Under the pieces are notes generated by a model. That model worked only from the letters and a program-made list of their open reading frames with translations, was not told the DNA's origin and did no database searches. The translations under genes were made by a program, and so were the position numbers. DNA of 63,402 nt, filler included, from Octopus bimaculoides (taxonomy: Eukaryota), in the NCBI RefSeq assembly GCF_001194135.2. It is 7 parts of 7 records of this genome, joined end to end, with 100 filler letters (N's around TTAATTAATTAA, not from the genome) between each part and the next. Parts side by side here need not be neighbours in the genome. Positions count along the whole stretch, not along the records: positions 12,507 to 41,643 come from NC_068987.1; positions 41,744 to 51,242 come from NC_068992.1; positions 51,343 to 57,269 come from NC_069003.1; 4 more parts are not named here. One strand, given 5' to 3'. This document shows, in pieces, positions 38,480 to 51,479 of this stretch. Each line of letters starts with the position of its first letter. The first letter of the stretch is position 1.

Positions 38480-39990
38480 TCTGAATACAGCTCATGGAAA
38501 CCTCTCAAAACTGCAGAATCCTGCTCCCTATACTCCTCTCACACTCAAAAGAGGTATGTTCACTTTGACCATCCATGCCACCCTCACTCACCTTTCAACA
38601 AGTTTGCAGTAAGGCAGCTTTTCCTTCTCCAGCCTTAGATAGCTTGTTTACTGAAACCTGAAAAACGTTGATGAGGCGTTGGCCAAAGGGGAAGGTGTCT
38701 GTCTTCAGCACTTTCACTTTGTTACACGCCAGAAGTACTTTCACTATGGCTACCAGGAAAATAAAGAATCTTTATTCCTCTCGCCTAGAGAAACTCGGTG
38801 GGGTGATCTTCATAATGCACTGAAGTGTAAGCTGGATCCTACCTACACTTGATAGCAAGTGTTCGACATTACTTCACAAGTCTTCAAGGCTCAATAAATG
38901 GATCAGTGTGCGCAGAACAATTTCGTTGTTTGACCTCCATCTCAGCGAGGTCCGCTTTAAGGCACTTCCACGAGGTAGATTTTATCTTGAGCCAGCAAAT
39001 ATCCGGCGAGCAAAATTCTGTCAGAGGTTTCTAGAAATTATAAATGAGGACAGACCCAAGATAACGACGGAACAAACCACTAATGTTATTGCCGTCAAAC
39101 CTCAGATTCTCTCTTCTACCTCCTTACTTTTCCGCCACTGAATCTCTATTGAACAGTGATGTGTAACTTCTAGCGACCGCATTGCTCGACTGACAAAAGG
39201 CCATGATCACAAGGCGTATTCTAGTTGTCGGGCTTCTTGCCTTGCTCTGTGATTGACCCAAGATTGCAACTCAGTGAAATAGAAGAGCAGAAGGAACACA
39301 AATCTGTCGAATGGCAACCACTTCTCTTCACCGTCAAGGAGACGCTGGTGGTGTCTTCTCAAAACCGCATGCCTGCGCATCATCAGCCCTGGTATGTCTA
39401 GACTTCCACTCAGTGTTTATTAACGATAAATAGAGGAGCTGACCACTGGAAAGCGTCCCTTCAACTAAAAGCAGAAGGATAAGATCGCCAGTCGAATGAA
39501 ACGTTAAATAGGGCAAATAATTCCGATCAGATAGTAATATATGACGAAGGAAATATCTGAGTCCATCACCTCTCACCGAACGTTAAGGGAGAGCTTTTTC
39601 GCGTGCTACTTCTGGCTGATATTGGCCACACTGCTCCTCAGATTGATCTAACTGGACCAAAACCAAACCCCAAGCAATTTAACTGGTCCCTATCCTGCGT
39701 CACATGATTCTATTAGACGGCACGAATCTCTCTCTCCAAGTGCCGAGCAGCAGGTGCACTGACTTTCCTAGGTTTGTATTTCTTTGATCAGTACAAATCA
39801 TTTCGTTGTGCCTGGTTTCCGATACAATGACGGTGACTCCTTATGCCATTATCGATGCTCTTCTTCCAAATCCTATTTACTGGAGTATACTTCTCACGTC
39901 TTTAGTTTTTACAGTAGTAGCCCAAGTGTCGCAGACGAGAGAGGATAACCTTGACTGATCGAGCGCATGACACTGAATTCAGTTAGTCTC
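38480..39990 (-). mobile_element. Tx1/L1-clade LINE ORF2 remnant (RT through C-terminal zinc-binding region), older copy
   Basis: VNERLTEFSVMRSISQGYPLS (QG.PLS at 39953-39936), decayed YADD region (MA*GVTVIVS), LGTWR, GPVKLLGVWF (39689-39660), FTELQSW, DKIY/RGSALKRT. Homologous to 50120-51242. Confidence 0.85.
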
Positions 39991-40946
39991 TCATTTACCC
40001 TAGCGTTTCAGCAAAAATCACTATAAATTGCGGCAATCCTATTGCGGCAAACAGGAACGACACTGGTCACGATGTTATAATATTGCACGTGATTAATTTG
40101 TTAATGAAGTATTCAAACCAGGTTGTGGAATGATGAAGTTACTCGGATATAATGAAAGTAAGTGAAGAGAGATAGCTTTCAAGAAAATATTTAATATCAC
40201 TAATGGAGAACCCGAAAACATAGATGTATATAAAAATTTAAAAACTATTTCCTTGAAAATAAGTCTATATTGGGTTTTTATCATTAAAGCGGCAATTATT
40301 CACTTCTAACACTCCCAAAATGGGTTTTATAATACTCAGAGATTTTGAATTCGTCAGCATGTTTTCAATCGCAGTTTTATTGATATAGTTCTTTTCTGCT
40401 CCCTATTTGGCAAGTAAGTAAAATTATACTGATTTTATTCAAGATAACGGGAGACTTTGCAGCAAGTATTTTGGTGCATTTGATTTCTACGAAGGCAAGA
40501 TTTACTCGAAAATTTCCAAACCTCTGTAGAAAAATAACATGATACAGAACAGGCGCAAACATAAACTATTTTATTAATTGTTCCAAGAAGTATCTTCTTC
40601 AAGATCCAAGCATACAATGCTTGAACTATTTCAGTTCATTCACCGAGATTAGCTCAATAAACGTATGGAGTTGATCTTTTCAGCTAGCAAAGACAGTATT
40701 TTCATAGTACAAGATTATCATATTTTTATCATAAATATATATATACATCGAACATACTTACATACATATTTCTCTCTCTCTCTCTCTCTCTNNNNNNNNN
40801 NNNNNNNNNNNNNNNNNNNNNNNNNNNNNNNNNNNNNNNNNNNNNNNNNNNNNNNNNNNNNNNNNNNNNNNNNNNNNNNNNNNNNNNNNNNNNNNNNNNN
40901 NNNNNNNNNNNNNNNNNNNNNNNNNNNNNNNNNNNNNNNNNNNNNN

Positions 40947-40977
<31 letters not shown>

Positions 40978-41351
40978 TATAAGCACTCAGACACGCATAT
41001 GCTAAGCTTTAAGGTTACTCTTTCATGTGATAAAAATATTAATACAATGTAGCCACGTACACGCACATTCACACAGACATAAGATAAACGTAATCATACA
41101 CACGAAGATAGCCATATATACATGTGTGTGCATGTGTGTGCTTGTATATCTGTGTGTTGTGACTGTAGTGGTTATGTCCAGTAATCTCGTAGAGACGTGA
41201 AGGCTTTTAATGGAATTCTTGGACGTCACTGGATAAACAGCTTTCGTAATTCCCGATGGATATTGCACAATCTAAAAACATTGACATCCATCAGTTAACA
41301 TCTATACATCTACACACCACACTCATTATATACTACTATTGTTTCACACAC

Positions 41352-41382
<31 letters not shown>

Positions 41383-41809
41383 TACAACCCCCCACACACA
41401 CGTAAGTGATGCAGATAAATACAGGGATAGACAGACAGACAGGCAATCGGACGGATAAGTAGTTGTACGACATTCTACATACAGATATACATATATTGGT
41501 CCATCTTTACGTTAAATGTTTTTATGTACTTCAACTATGGACTTAACAATGGATAATTTTTTTATCAGCTCTTATACCGTCGTGATGTATTACGCTACCA
41601 GACTACAAAACCAGGTATATATACATAAATATATATATATATANNNNNNNNNNNNNNNNNNNNNNNNNNNNNNNNNNNNNNNNNNNNTTAATTAATTAAN
41701 NNNNNNNNNNNNNNNNNNNNNNNNNNNNNNNNNNNNNNNNNNNCATACATAAATGTATACAAACATATTTACATAGACTCACGTGTGTATGCGCGCGCGC
41801 GTGCGTGGG

Positions 41810-42096
41810 GGGTCCACAATCGCAATTTATTTCAATTACTCTTGTGAGGATATTCATGTAAATCATTTTTTTCATTTAATCCCCATTTTATTTTTCGTAA
41901 AAGTTTCCAAGTACCAATAAGGTTTTTTGGCACATCTTCAATTTTCCCCATTCATGAGAGGCGCCCAGCCATCATTCATCTGAGAGTCCATCTACAGAAT
42001 GTCCTCTCAAATTTCTATACAGCATATTTTGCCTTTTTTTCTTCAAATATATAAGCAACAATTTCATTCCCGAGCAACGCCGGGTGCCTCTGCTAG
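41810..42096 (+). mobile_element. Non-autonomous Helitron, 3' portion
   Basis: Hairpin CCCGAGCAACGCCGGG (42069-42084), then TGCCTCTG, then CTAG (42093-42096) followed by T. The 16-nt hairpin is identical to the one at 12049-12064. The left boundary is approximate. Confidence 0.75.
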
Positions 42097-42272
42097 TACT
42101 ACATACACACCGCTCTCTCACTCTGTCTCACACACATACACACGCACACATACATCCAAAAATGATGGATGCATATGACAACACACCCCTTGACTCACTC
42201 ACACTCTGTCTCTTACAAACACACACTTACATAAATATATACAAACATATTTACAAAGACATGCGCGTGTGC

Positions 42273-42349
<77 letters not shown>

Positions 42350-42455
42350 GACAGAGCCAGTGAAGGGGTGTGTCGACAATTATACGTACATACATAAATA
42401 GTCATACATTTCTTGTACGTATGTGAGAGAGAGAGAGAGAGAGTCCACTGAAACA

Positions 42456-42489
<34 letters not shown>

Positions 42490-42839
42490 ACACACACACG
42501 TGCAGATATACACACAGAAAAGATGTATGCATATGTATTTATGTATGTACGTAGACATCACAACACACCCCTTCACTCACACACATACAGAAACACACAT
42601 GTGCCCCCCCCAAAAAATAGAAAATTTATTTACGGAAATTAACGAAGTGTGCGAGTTCAGAACGAAATCAAACCTGGAGTGTGTGAATGAGAGAGAGAGA
42701 GAGAGAATATATGAAATGAACATGGAACGCCCCAAAATCGTAGAAATAAAAGCACGTTAAAAACTATCTTGTACGGAATATTGAAATTTATGAACTTCGT
42801 AAATATGTGTTTCAGTAATTGATCGTAGTAGAGAGTGAG

Positions 42840-43045
42840 AGACGTCGCCGTTTTTTCACGTCCGTACCGGAAGTTGACATTGAGAAACCTTTTTAAAGAA
42901 GTGAATCTTAAATATAAAGCAATATTATTTATTTTTTAATTAGAGATAAAAAAAATCAAATGAAGAGCCTAAGATTTATCTGAGGTAAAATTATTTATGT
43001 ATGACAAGTATGGAAGTAAATAGTGAAGCCGTTTTCACGTGAAAA
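42840..43045 (+). promoter_or_regulatory. Possible promoter-like patch (CpG cluster, ETS-type CCGGAAGT, E-box palindrome)
   Basis: CCGGAAGT at 42867-42874 within a local CpG cluster, TTTTCACGTGAAAA palindrome at 43032-43045, and a donor-like GAG/GTAAAA at 42984/42985. Confidence 0.2.
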
Positions 43046-43767
43046 GCGATTACACACACACCTCTGTTTTATATATAGTATAGATATGTATGTGTTTGTG
43101 TATGTATGTGTTTGTGTATGTATGTGTTTGTGTATGTATGTGTTTGTATGCATGTATGTCCAAAAGAATGCACATATTAACAGAGAAATAGTGTGATACC
43201 GCGTTTCACACTATATTTCTCTCTTTGTATATTTATTGTGAGCCATAGATCCCTCTTAACTAAGGCACCGAAGTTACATTATAGCTTCAACAATCCAAAT
43301 AAGAAGCCTAGACCTTACAAACCAGGATCTGTCGTGCTAGTAGCCTGTCCGCACGGAACTCAGTTCATAAACTATTGGAGTTGGTTCGGTATACCGAATG
43401 GAAAGAGGAAAACATTAAATCACCTAAGGGTACCAAACATCTTGCTAGCAATCGTGTATATACATAGTGATATGTAATTAATTTAATTAATCTAATTAAT
43501 TCTATTCAACCAGGAATTTGTATGATTTTTATATCGCTGTGCAAAACGATTGTCTGCATGAATTAAAATTCTCTTATATTTTTTAACATCTTCTCTTCTC
43601 CACTTTAAACAAAATTTTTGAGATTTATGGGATTTCTTTCCATACATTCACAACACACCATAAACAAGTATTATTTTCATATTCGCAAATTTACGCCAGT
43701 AAGCTACAAGCAAAATATGAAGAATCTATATTAGAAATCTAGGACGAATCTAATTCAAACTTTTTAC

Positions 43768-43798
<31 letters not shown>

Positions 43799-44074
43799 CG
43801 CGTGTGTGTGTGCGTGCGAGTAAAGTGAAAGTGCATCTGTCTTCTCGTTTTTTCTCCTAATTTCTCTGGTACTCGCGTCCTGTTTTGTAAATTGAATATG
43901 CCATGTGCACGAAGTTTAACCATTGCTTGGAAATACATGTCCAATGCATGAAACTATTGGTAGATCGTGTTTTTTTACAGTGAACATTAAATGATATCTA
44001 TCTCTCACTGGATGGAATACTGTTTTTGTTGATCTTACCTTAATGGACAAGTAAACTTTATACATTCATACATA

Positions 44075-44676
44075 GGCGCAAGAGTGGCTGTGTGGTAAGT
44101 AGCTTGCTTAACAACCACATGGTTCCGGGTTCACTCCCACTGCGTGGCACCTTGGGCAAGTGTCTTCTACTATAGCCTCGGGCCGACCAAAGCCTTGTGA
44201 GTGGATTTGGTAGACAGAAACTGAAAGAAGCCCGTCGTATATATGTATATATATATATATATNNNNNNNNNNNNNNNNNNNNNNNNNNNNNNNNNNNNNN
44301 NNNNNNNNNNNNNNNNNNNNNNNNNNNNNNNNNNNNNNNNNNNNNNNNNNNNNNNNNNNNNNNNNNNNNNNNNNNNNNNNNNNNNNNNNNNNNNNNNNNN
44401 NNNNNNNNNNNNNNNNNNNNNNNNNNNNNNNNNNNNNNNNNNNNNNNNGTGTTTGTGTGTCTGTGTTTGTCTCCTCACCATCGCTTGACAACCGATGCTG
44501 GTGTGTTTACGTCTCCGTCACCTAGCGGTTCGGCAATAGAGACCGATGGAATAAGTACTAGGCTTCCAAAGAATAAGTCCTGGGGTCGATTTGCTCGACT
44601 AAAGGTGGTGCTCCAGCATGGCCGCAGTCAAATGACTGAAACAAGTAATAGAGTAAAAGAGTAAAAGAGTAAAAGA

Positions 44677-44678
<2 letters not shown>
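44075..44678 (+). mobile_element. SINE family C, young full-length copy (internal microsatellite in gap)
   Basis: GGCGCAAGAGTGGCTGTGTGGTAAG...GGGTTCACTCCC...; 3' module ends in AAGTAATA(GAGTAAAA)3. Confidence 0.95.
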
Positions 44679-44711
<33 letters not shown>

Positions 44712-46112
44712 CAACACGCGATTTATATCTGATTCAATGTTGCTCATGAATGAGTATTAAGTTGAAAACGTCAAGGAGTAATGAAGGTTTGGTATCTCTG
44801 TGTACTAGTGAGTGTTGTTGGAGAAGATACTGAAAAGATACAGGATGCAGAATGCGTGGAATGAATCCAAACTTCGGAGCACAATAGAGTTGATAGAATG
44901 TGGGTCAAAGAGGGCTCTACCAGTACCGACTTCGATAGTGCGATGTGGCAGGAAATCCTTGATCAAAGAGCCATGCACAGTCGGAATCTAATGACAAGAG
45001 CAACAACAGTAGAGTGGGTCTCCAGTGAGCAACGCAATAGAGTGGGACGCCAGTAGGGTTGCGTTTGTAACCACCATATTAGAAGTCATTTAGGGATGCA
45101 GTTTAATGAAATGTATACCACTCGTAGTAAATTCGACACACAAACTGCGTTAAGCTTGTGGGCTTTATTTGTGGTTACTCGTTGAATCTACAACCAAATA
45201 TAAATAGATTCGTTGTATGTTGATCGCAATAGAAAAATGGCAGTTATTTACATTGTTTATAATTTCATTGTCTGGTAATTTCATTTCCATGACGTGCGAA
45301 TGCATTGATAAATCCATTATAACAAATACATTTTCAATAAATTTATTGATTTACTTTTTTTTTATCCACAGAATAATTGCATCGCTAAACATTATTCAAA
45401 CTTTTTCTAGAATAAATTTCACGGATTTCAGCAACCACACAAAAAAACAAAAAATTTAAGGACGAAAAATTCCATCCTACAATCTAAACATTTCTTTTTT
45501 AGATATTTTGTAAAAGGATCAACGAATAAACAAATAATCGAACATTATATCGCTGGCGGGATTTGAAGTGGGGTGGGAATTAAACATCACAAAAAGAAAT
45601 ATAATGTTCATGCNNNNNNNNNNNNNNNNNNNNNNNNNNNNNNNNNNNNNNNNNNNNNNNNNNNNNNNNNNNNNNNNNNNNNNNNNNNNNNNNNNNNNNN
45701 NNNNNNNNNNNNNNNNNNNNNNNNNNNNNNNNNNNNNNNNNNNNNNNNNNNNNNNNNNNNNNNNNNNNNNNNNAATTCTTGCTTTGCTTAAATGTTTCTT
45801 CCTTCAGTTTAAAATAATGTCACCTTCTTCATTTTTTGGTGGGGATTATGTTTTTAAAATAACTTTGATTTGGTTTATGGCGTATATATTGAGAACTTCT
45901 GCGTGTTTGCTTTGCATGTAAAATCTTTAAATAATATTCTCGAAGGAATTTACTCTGCGGGTAAAAATTAGATGACGTTGAATTTACTGATGAACAATTT
46001 GTTCCCGAAGTAGGAATTTTCCACGAAATTATCAGGCTATGAGTTTACCAGAAACCGAATTGATAGTGTCGTTGGACAATCGGGTAGAGTGTTGTGTGAT
46101 ACTACGATTAAT

Positions 46113-46330
46113 GTGGCGAGCTGACGGAATCGTCAGCACGCCGGACAAAATGCTTAGCGGCATTTCGTCCGTCTTCACGTTCTGAGTTCAAATTCCACTG
46201 AGGTGGACTTTGTTTTTCATTCTTGCAGGGTCGATAAAATAAGTACCAACCGAGCAGTGGGGGTCGATGTAATCGACTTATCCGTCTCCCCCGAAATTGC
46301 TGGCCTTGTGCCAAAATTTGAAACCAGTAT
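46113..46330 (+). mobile_element. SINE family D (Meta-type core), followed by two decayed tandem fragments to about 46520
   Basis: GTGGCGAGCTGACGGAATCG...CTGAGTTCAAATTCCACTGAGGTGGACTTTG...GGGTCGATAAAATAAGTACC. The core start recurs at 46351 and 46497. Confidence 0.8.
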
Positions 46331-46914
46331 TTACTACGATTCTCTGTGAACTGAGTTCCAATTTCACCGAACCTAATTTTGCTTTCCACTCTTTCGGTGT
46401 TGATAGGTAATATAGGAATGTAGAGCCGTGGATTGGGGCAACTGTTAGGACGTCAAGCCTGGTGTCTTGCGGAATCTGATCCCGATCCTTGTGCTTTGAG
46501 TTCAATTTCCACCGTGGCCTCTTTGGGCGGTAGACTTAATCCGTTGCTCGGTTTAACCCCACCATGTTGCACTTTGGTTACCATTTGCGGAATCCACTGT
46601 GCTGTAAGCATCCAACTTATGTTTCCGACATGAAAATACTCTGCTCGCACCCTCTCAAAAATCTTAGAGGTCTTGAAAAGGATCAAAGGCACAGATTTCT
46701 TCTCCTGACTAAGAAAAAAGTTAATACTGGTCTGTGGAGTGGATAAACGTCCAGGCAGTCGCTTTGATTTCCATGTTCAGTGTGTAGTTCTGTAAGATGG
46801 TGACAGAATAAAAGGATCTGTGAGGTCATACATTGTAGAGTGGCTAACCCTGACCACTGGAGTAGCATCGGGCTGCTGGATCAGGGCATGATGGAGGTGC
46901 ACAATAGCAAAAGA

Positions 46915-47190
46915 CCCCCCAACCACCACAACCACCATCACTACCACCATCATCAACATCATCAACATCGCAACAACAACGAACATCACCACCACCATCG
47001 CTACCGCCAAACCACCATCACCATCACCACCACCATCACCACCACCACCACCACCATCACCACCATCACTCCAACCACCACAACTGTCACAATTAGCAGT
47101 ACCTCTACCACCAAAACCACCGCGCCACTATGACCATCACCATCAACTCCATCAACGGCGGTAACCACCAGCACAACCACCACTATGACC
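46915..47190. repeat. Degenerate (CAC/CAT/CAA)n trinucleotide tract
   Basis: Read directly from the sequence; it produces the His/Thr- and Val-rich pseudo-ORFs. Confidence 0.9.
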
Positions 47191-47687
47191 GCCGCTGCAG
47201 CGTTTTAGCAGCAGTATAGCAATAGTAGCAGCAGTGACGAAGAAGAAAAAGAAGGAAAAAGAAGAAAAAACGAAAGAGAAGAAATGGAAGGGGAACAGAA
47301 AGAAAAAGAGAAAAAAAAAAAGAAAAAGAGAGAAGAGATAAATTATAATGCGCAAGACCCCAAGAACCAGAACAAGAAGGGAACAAAAAAAATCTTGTGA
47401 AGAAAAGGAAAAAAATGGAGAAGAAAAGAAAGAAAATTAAAAAAAAAATGAAAGAAACAAAAAAAGCAAGAAAAACAAAGGAGAATGTAAGAATAAAGAA
47501 GGTAAGAAAGAGCGAAGAAGAAAGAAACAAAATGGCTGCCTTTAATAATGCGAGCGCTGCCATTAATGGTATTTCATTTTGATTGTTATGTTGGGTGATA
47601 AACGTCGGTAGATTCGAGTGGATATAGGAACCGCTAGGAATAGATATGCAGGGAATCATTCCAGACAAATGCTCGAGAATAATTGTG

Positions 47688-47728
<41 letters not shown>

Positions 47729-47801
47729 CATATACATATATACATACTCTTATATATATATATATATACATATATATTCATATATATGTATATGTACATT
47801 C

Positions 47802-47836
<35 letters not shown>

Positions 47837-47977
47837 TATTCATATCTTTATACATGTTCATATATACATATATATTTTTATATAAACTTACACATATATA
47901 TGTATGTACGTATGCATGCATATATCTAGGCATGTATGTATGTACGTATGTATGTATGTATGTATGTATGTATCTCA

Positions 47978-48029
<52 letters not shown>

Positions 48030-48049
48030 CTATCTAGCTATATATCTAC

Positions 48050-48084
<35 letters not shown>

Positions 48085-48801
48085 ACTAATTGTTCTTTTC
48101 TTCATTTACTCGTTTCACAGTGTCAGCTGTGGCCATGCTGGTGTATTATAAAGCAATATCTTATTTTTATTTTGGTTTTCTTCTTCGTGTTATTTATTTA
48201 TTAATTTCCCGAGAACAGAGGAGAAGGGGAGGGGTGCCGTTTTTCTCTTTCNNNNNNNNNNNNNNNNNNNNNNNNNNNNNNNNNNNNNNNNNNNNNNNNN
48301 NNNNNNNNNNNNNNNNNNNNNNNNNNNNNNNNNNNNNNNNNNNNNNNNNNNNNNNNNNNNNNNNNNNNNNNNNNNNNNNNNNNNNNNNNNNNNNNNNNNN
48401 NNNNNNNNNNNNNNNNNNNNNNNNNNNNNNNNNNNNNNNNNNNNNNNNNNNNNNNNNNNNNNNNNNNNNNNNNNNNNNNNNNNNNNNNNNNNNNNNNNNN
48501 NNNNNNNNNNNNNNNNNNNNNNNNNNNNNNNNNNNNNNNNNNNNNNNNNNNNNNNNNNNNNNNNNNNNNNNNNNNNNNNNNNNNNNNNNNNNNNNNNNNN
48601 NNNNNNNNNNNNNNNNNNNNNNNNNNNNNNNNNNNNNNNNNNNNNNNNNNNNNNNNNNNNNNNNNNNNNNNNNNNNNNNNNNNNNNNNNNNNNNNNNNNN
48701 NNNNNNNNNNNNNNNNNNNNNNNNNNNNNNNNNNATATATACAGATATATAGATACACACATTTATATATATAAGTATATACATATGTAAATATCTATCT
48801 A

Positions 48802-48857
<56 letters not shown>

Positions 48858-48901
48858 TCTATCTATGCATCTGTCTGTCTGTCTGTCTGTTTGTCCGTCT
48901 G

Positions 48902-48956
<55 letters not shown>

Positions 48957-48994
48957 GTCTGTCTGTCTGTCTCTCTCTCTGCCTGCCTGTCTGC

Positions 48995-49038
<44 letters not shown>

Positions 49039-49356
49039 ATATGTACATATGTGAGCGTGCATTAGCATGTATATTTGCGCACACAATGATCAAGGCAGCG
49101 TGAAGAGTTGCTCTGAGTGGCAACGTAGTTGTGAGTGCAACTGAGATGAAGAACAACCGAGATTGGAAGTTATTGTGGCAATTGTTGAAAGGAGGCGATC
49201 TGAAGGGGAAGGTTTGGTGTTGCTCTTGTAGTCTTCTTTGTCTTTTAGTTTTTTTCTCTTCTATCTGTACAGACGCCTTTACGAAAGAACAACCTGAAAG
49301 AAAGGATAAAAAAATAATAATAGCACTACTACGATCATTGTTATTACCTCTTCATC

Positions 49357-49425
<69 letters not shown>

Positions 49426-49458
49426 TAATAATAATAATAATAACAATAATGATAATAA

Positions 49459-49500
<42 letters not shown>

Positions 49501-49501
<1 letters not shown>

Positions 49502-50056
49502 GCAGTATCAGGCAGTGGATCTCATGGCTTCGGCTTCTGATCTTAATTGATTGGAAGTGTTATCATGTACATTGTTTTGTCTGGGTATAACAGATGGGCT
49601 ACAGCAAATATTCTGCTCAATACCATAGATTTGCTTGTCAGTTGTTTGACCTTAACCAGTTGAGCATGTCCCTTGGTGGCTGACGATATGTGCATCTCTG
49701 ATCATGAGCAGAAGTAGTGGGGGAGCATCATAGCCATGTGTTAAGAGGAATTCTTTGGGGTTTGAATAATTCACCTTTGGAAACATGGGTGTTTTGCTCA
49801 ACATCCTTAAACAAACCTTATTCAGGGACCTTTTGAGCGGGATGGGCCACTCGACCTGAAGAAAGTTCTAACTGGGCCCCACCTGCGAGGTCATGCGCTG
49901 TTTATTTTGATATGAGATCATCATGTCGCGCACATATGGTTGTGATGGATGTGCCTGGTGTACACTTATTAGACGGTTAGTCATGATGGGTATATTGGGC
50001 TTCGTATATTTGTACCCCAGTGTCACTTTGATGAGATGCACTGCTCTCTCACTCAC
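49501..50056. mobile_element. Unclassified element of about 555 bp bounded on both sides by (AAT)n
   Basis: A complex, more GC-rich block with sharp edges between (AAT)n at 49357-49500 and 50057-50120. No recognisable ORF. Confidence 0.45.
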
Positions 50057-50119
<63 letters not shown>

Positions 50120-50122
<3 letters not shown>

Positions 50123-51242
50123 TTTCATTTATTTGCCGCAAGCGTGAAGGATGAGGGGGGCAATAAAGAGACGGACATAAAGTGTAGGGGTTTACATATA
50201 ATGAAATGATAAAAAAAAAGGGTAAGTATACACGATATACACTGAAAAAGAAGGGACATATGTATAGAATACAAGGGTTAAAAAAATGGGCGGTGAAGAT
50301 GATAGTGATCTGGCCCTCCTGATAGAGGAAGGCCTCTAAGGATAATCGAGGAACCCCACTGTCCGAGATTTCCCTGAAACCCCAGGAACAAATGCCCTCT
50401 CTATTTCTTTCCCTCCGACTCACAGGTCTATACTTAAAAAGGTACCGTTCACTCTTGCCATTTTCGCAACTTTCACCCACCTTTCAATAAACTCACTCGA
50501 GGACAACACTTCCCTCTCCACTCTCAATTTCCTTTTCAAGTGAAACTGAAGAAGTTAATGAGAGCTCTATCGAAGAGGAATTTATCTGTTCTCATGCCTT
50601 TCGGCCTTGTCCACCAAACTATCTCTTTCGCCACAGCCACCACGCAAAGGAAAACTGCCTTGCCTGCCTGTCTGCCTTATTGAAGGAGGTCGGCAGTGTA
50701 ATCATCACTACAGACTCGGCTGACAGACGTATCCGTCCCAGACGTGACAGCAGGTATTCAACATAACCTCACAAGTCAGTAATGCCAAGACACTGGACGA
50801 GGACTACAGAAGAGTTCTGTCACTCTGCGCGCACCTCGGACAAGTCCGTCTGACACCACATCCGTGCCTGTAGAGTTTATCTCGAACCGGTAGCGCCTCC
50901 CACTAGCACTACCAGGCCAAGGAGATCTGGAAATTATCCATGATAGTTCCCGACCTGATAGTCCTCCGGAACAGATTAGCCAGTTCGTTCTCGTCGTCGC
51001 CCAGAGTCTCCCCGAGAACGTCGTCGCATTTCCCCGCCACTAATCCTCCATAAATGTCTAAGGCGGGACATCCACCGATCCCATTGGATCGCCTGATGAC
51101 ATTCTAGGTGCCAGGCACCCAGTTTCGGCCTGTTCTTCATCCAGGACTGCAGCTCCGTCAATGAGACGAGCTGAGGAAAGACAAGCCTCACAAAGGGAGC
51201 CCACACTCGCTCACCGTCCAGAAGGCGTTGCAGTTGGCGTAA
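50120..51242 (-). mobile_element. Tx1/L1-clade LINE 3' portion with ORF2 C-terminus, 3' UTR and (ATT)n tail
   Basis: WAPFVRLVFPQLVSLTELQSWMK; MDNFQISLAW..ALPVRDKLYRHGCGVRRTCPRC (CPRC at 50842-50831); FHLKRKLRVEREVLSSSEFIERWVKVAKM..* (stop 50422-50420); about 300 nt of 3' UTR running into (ATT)n. The 5' side is lost in a gap. Confidence 0.9.
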
Positions 51243-51351
51243 NNNNNNNNNNNNNNNNNNNNNNNNNNNNNNNNNNNNNNNNNNNNTTAATTAATTAANN
51301 NNNNNNNNNNNNNNNNNNNNNNNNNNNNNNNNNNNNNNNNNNATTATTATT

Positions 51352-51479
51352 GGCGTAGGAGTGGCTGTGTGGTAAGTAGCTTGCTTACCAACCACATGAT
51401 TCCGGGTTCAGTCCCACTGCGTGGCACCTTGGGCAAGTGCCTTCTACTATAGCCTCGGGCCGACCAAAGCCTTGTGAGT
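51352..51479 (+). mobile_element. SINE family C head only (3'-truncated)
   Basis: Near-identical to 44075-44202, then runs into (CATA)n with no 3' module. Confidence 0.9.

Noticed and set aside
43193-43477. 94-aa non-repetitive ORF
   Set aside because: It starts at GTG, has no recognisable domain and no convincing splice pair; at best it is a faint LINE trace.
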